This document shows, piece by piece, positions 63,401-64,000 of a stretch of DNA of 64,000 bases. Below the pieces are notes generated by a model. That model had not been told where the DNA came from and did no database searches. It was given only the letters and a program-made list of their open reading frames with translations. Within the stretch, counting starts at the first letter, position 1. Each line of letters begins with the position of its first letter. This DNA is from Candidatus Kaiserbacteria bacterium (GTDB lineage Bacteria > Patescibacteriota > Minisyncoccia > Phycocordibacterales > UBA2100). The position numbers and the translations under genes were made by a program. The stretch covers positions 23,231 to 87,230 of the forward strand of contig CP070993.1 in NCBI GenBank assembly GCA_017134395.1, given 5' to 3'.

Positions 63401-64000
63401 GAGGCAAGTAAAATGGAAGGTGACAACTTACATTTGCATGACGAAGAGTGGAAAGATCTCATTTTTTCTGCAGGAGATGGGAGTGTGCTAGATGATTTAA
63501 ATAGAAGGCTAGAAATTGAACAAGGTAAAGTAGAGACGCGAACTAAACGTATCGAGAGTCTATATAGGGAACTGGAAGATAACCCAATTTTTGGGCGTAC
63601 TTTAGAGGTTGAGAAACAAATTGGTGGAGCCTTCCGCTCAGGTGGCTTAAAAGTTATGCCACGTAAGACAATAGAGGGTAGGATTAAAAGCCTGCTCGAT
63701 ATGCAGAGTAAAGGTAGTTTGAAAGCCCCTTTTGATAGTTTCGATGGTTACATTTCAAGCCTTTTAAAAAGACTTGAAGGCGCTCGTTCTATTGAAGAGA
63801 AGGGAATAGACAAAGAGACAATGAAACAGGCTGACAAGCAAATGAAATTCATTCAAGAGATAATTGAGAAAACCACAGATGGATTTTCGGAAGCTATGAG
63901 GAAAGAATTTGGCTCGTATAGAATTGAGAAGAACATCACAAATGACACAAACGGTGTTTCTTTGCGTTTGCGTATTAAAGATGGCAATAAGAAGATTGTG
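60419..64000 (+). CDS. Giant hypothetical protein, more than 1193 aa, 5' partial view (ORF continues past the window end), with internal TM helices
   Basis: I read codon by codon from ATGATG 60419 to 64000 and found no stop. An in-frame TAA lies at 60398. Hydrophobic segments sit near residues 280-330 and 360-385. No recognisable catalytic motif. Confidence 0.7.
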   Translation, partial: MMANSEKLSTASTDSVEAVSVAHLSDTQILEALKGKGPLKEILGFVEQIPRSATPDIIISEDASEDILKKLLESSSAGSYVEDNRERIKSVIERAYALIAWKHIAPQGEEMISVNDDSKLGYKLFKEFENKLNSAPLGQSVAQIAALVSTPKDTTKKKKGVAPDDLDAEGAEKMGNLITAINKTMKDGTPDAKRVVIDMKEWVRKLPGGTPRANSRKAAATEVAEQMDNVVSLFEEDLRKMPKYVQQNMAPHKLLGIPIPFLRRGQVLAGKTGVARGIEMGTTVMETSSLVAASSFILAAAMATPLTITPSSNFTAWSAAALAAFTVFASQSYIFKQQSEQALVEAKTKIGAIGKAIAAHPVSYPFRGLVTGASTFTIFLALVGADRSVERAQDIAALIEPHRAAIENELNQVTQQTPGKSAASKLFSWISSIVPSGIGDTQEFALLNDVAEIPTELRHRMEIAVRAEAGDADAQAQAKNWGIPYSSTAGLGPKALSLAALVGISVNDAEALTGSEAMTTGEITPGIAQTRQQIRAFAERHELNLTDDQMENPQFVMNALVMKFQNNALGMFEEFGEQRSELTRVLRLTASMNILDSLYSTFAKFQPPVDPKEIPYRLNALESNAEDIAQQYNEQLANPAEELSLIVANGFKSIYGRNVNVSEISISPPPLNLDFTEIKKLAKIIQDATNNITADDVEVGGSMDNMEAELESDLSDIDQRIENVTDLLDPRNEIDEIVARRYGSDISEEERQSMVAFEILKNATLALSIEFIALLTMLGAAAGRLKEMENAHGSKQVERIEKAEEKIVQAFTKQINKQIAKYRQIVNQQKKNGVELPFPFEDVTDVEVKRALRSVGHKEFVKMGFIAKAIARGPFLRKIDTSNRYSDFLYALKSPKNSGKVIDELFPGWGAVLGHFNKVDGAEDKRKHKKGERWLKPKEINPLKDKRVCEIAVLTEQNRRSISSIEVHEVLLEKLKGGIFGNRSIQNSTELLPHEASKMEGDNLHLHDEEWKDLIFSAGDGSVLDDLNRRLEIEQGKVETRTKRIESLYRELEDNPIFGRTLEVEKQIGGAFRSGGLKVMPRKTIEGRIKSLLDMQSKGSLKAPFDSFDGYISSLLKRLEGARSIEEKGIDKETMKQADKQMKFIQEIIEKTTDGFSEAMRKEFGSYRIEKNITNDTNGVSLRLRIKDGNKKIV

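Noticed and set aside
1-64000. Mobile elements, prophage, integrase/transposase genes and rRNA operons
   Set aside because: No integrase, transposase or phage structural motifs appear in any frame. No terminal inverted repeats flank genes. No rRNA-like conserved stretches are present.

Overview
This is a bacterial window of roughly 42-44% GC (by eye), densely coded on both strands. I found no rRNA, tRNA, CRISPR array, transposase or integrase. Many genes are unusually short: pheT about 639 aa, thrS 413 aa lacking its N-terminal editing domains, and an SMC-like protein of 717 aa. Together with the giant protein, the lack of rimM between rpsP and trmD, and the many secreted or hypothetical proteins, this suggests a reduced-genome monoderm-type bacterium, possibly CPR/Patescibacteria (Saccharibacteria-like); that placement is inference only. 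Housekeeping content: pheS (3' end), pheT, gyrB, thrS, dnaE, rnhB, rpmF, a NusB-NUDIX fusion, rnc, smc, two tandem RNase R/II paralogs, rpsP-KH-trmD, an uninterrupted rpoB-rpoC-dnaG-rpoD block, a short malic enzyme, uppP, hisS, cfa and ung. Accessory or unusual regions: (i) 4.4-11.9 kb, a class-E-like sortase, an N-anchored surface protein and three consecutive tyrosine-rich secreted repeat proteins, plus a 45-bp perfect palindrome; (ii) a pair of tiny SD-led hydrophobic peptide ORFs at 7.7-8.0 kb; (iii) a T-box riboswitch-like leader upstream of thrS; (iv) an AbrB/MazE-like plus NUDIX two-gene operon behind two perfect palindromes; (v) a single-chain UvrD-like helicase fused to a Cas4/AddB-like Fe-S nuclease; (vi) a SET-domain protein, an SNase-like nuclease with an ABC exporter, and a tandem zinc-ribbon protein; (vii) a giant ORF of more than 1190 aa with no recognisable domains that runs off the window end. 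Many genes carry near-consensus sigma70 -35/-10 elements, or extended -10 TGnTATACT, placed 6-10 nt before the start codon, implying leaderless mRNAs; strong rho-independent terminators are frequent. All calls come from reading the six-frame translations and the DNA by eye. No searches were run, and coordinates of small elements may be off by 1-2 nt.
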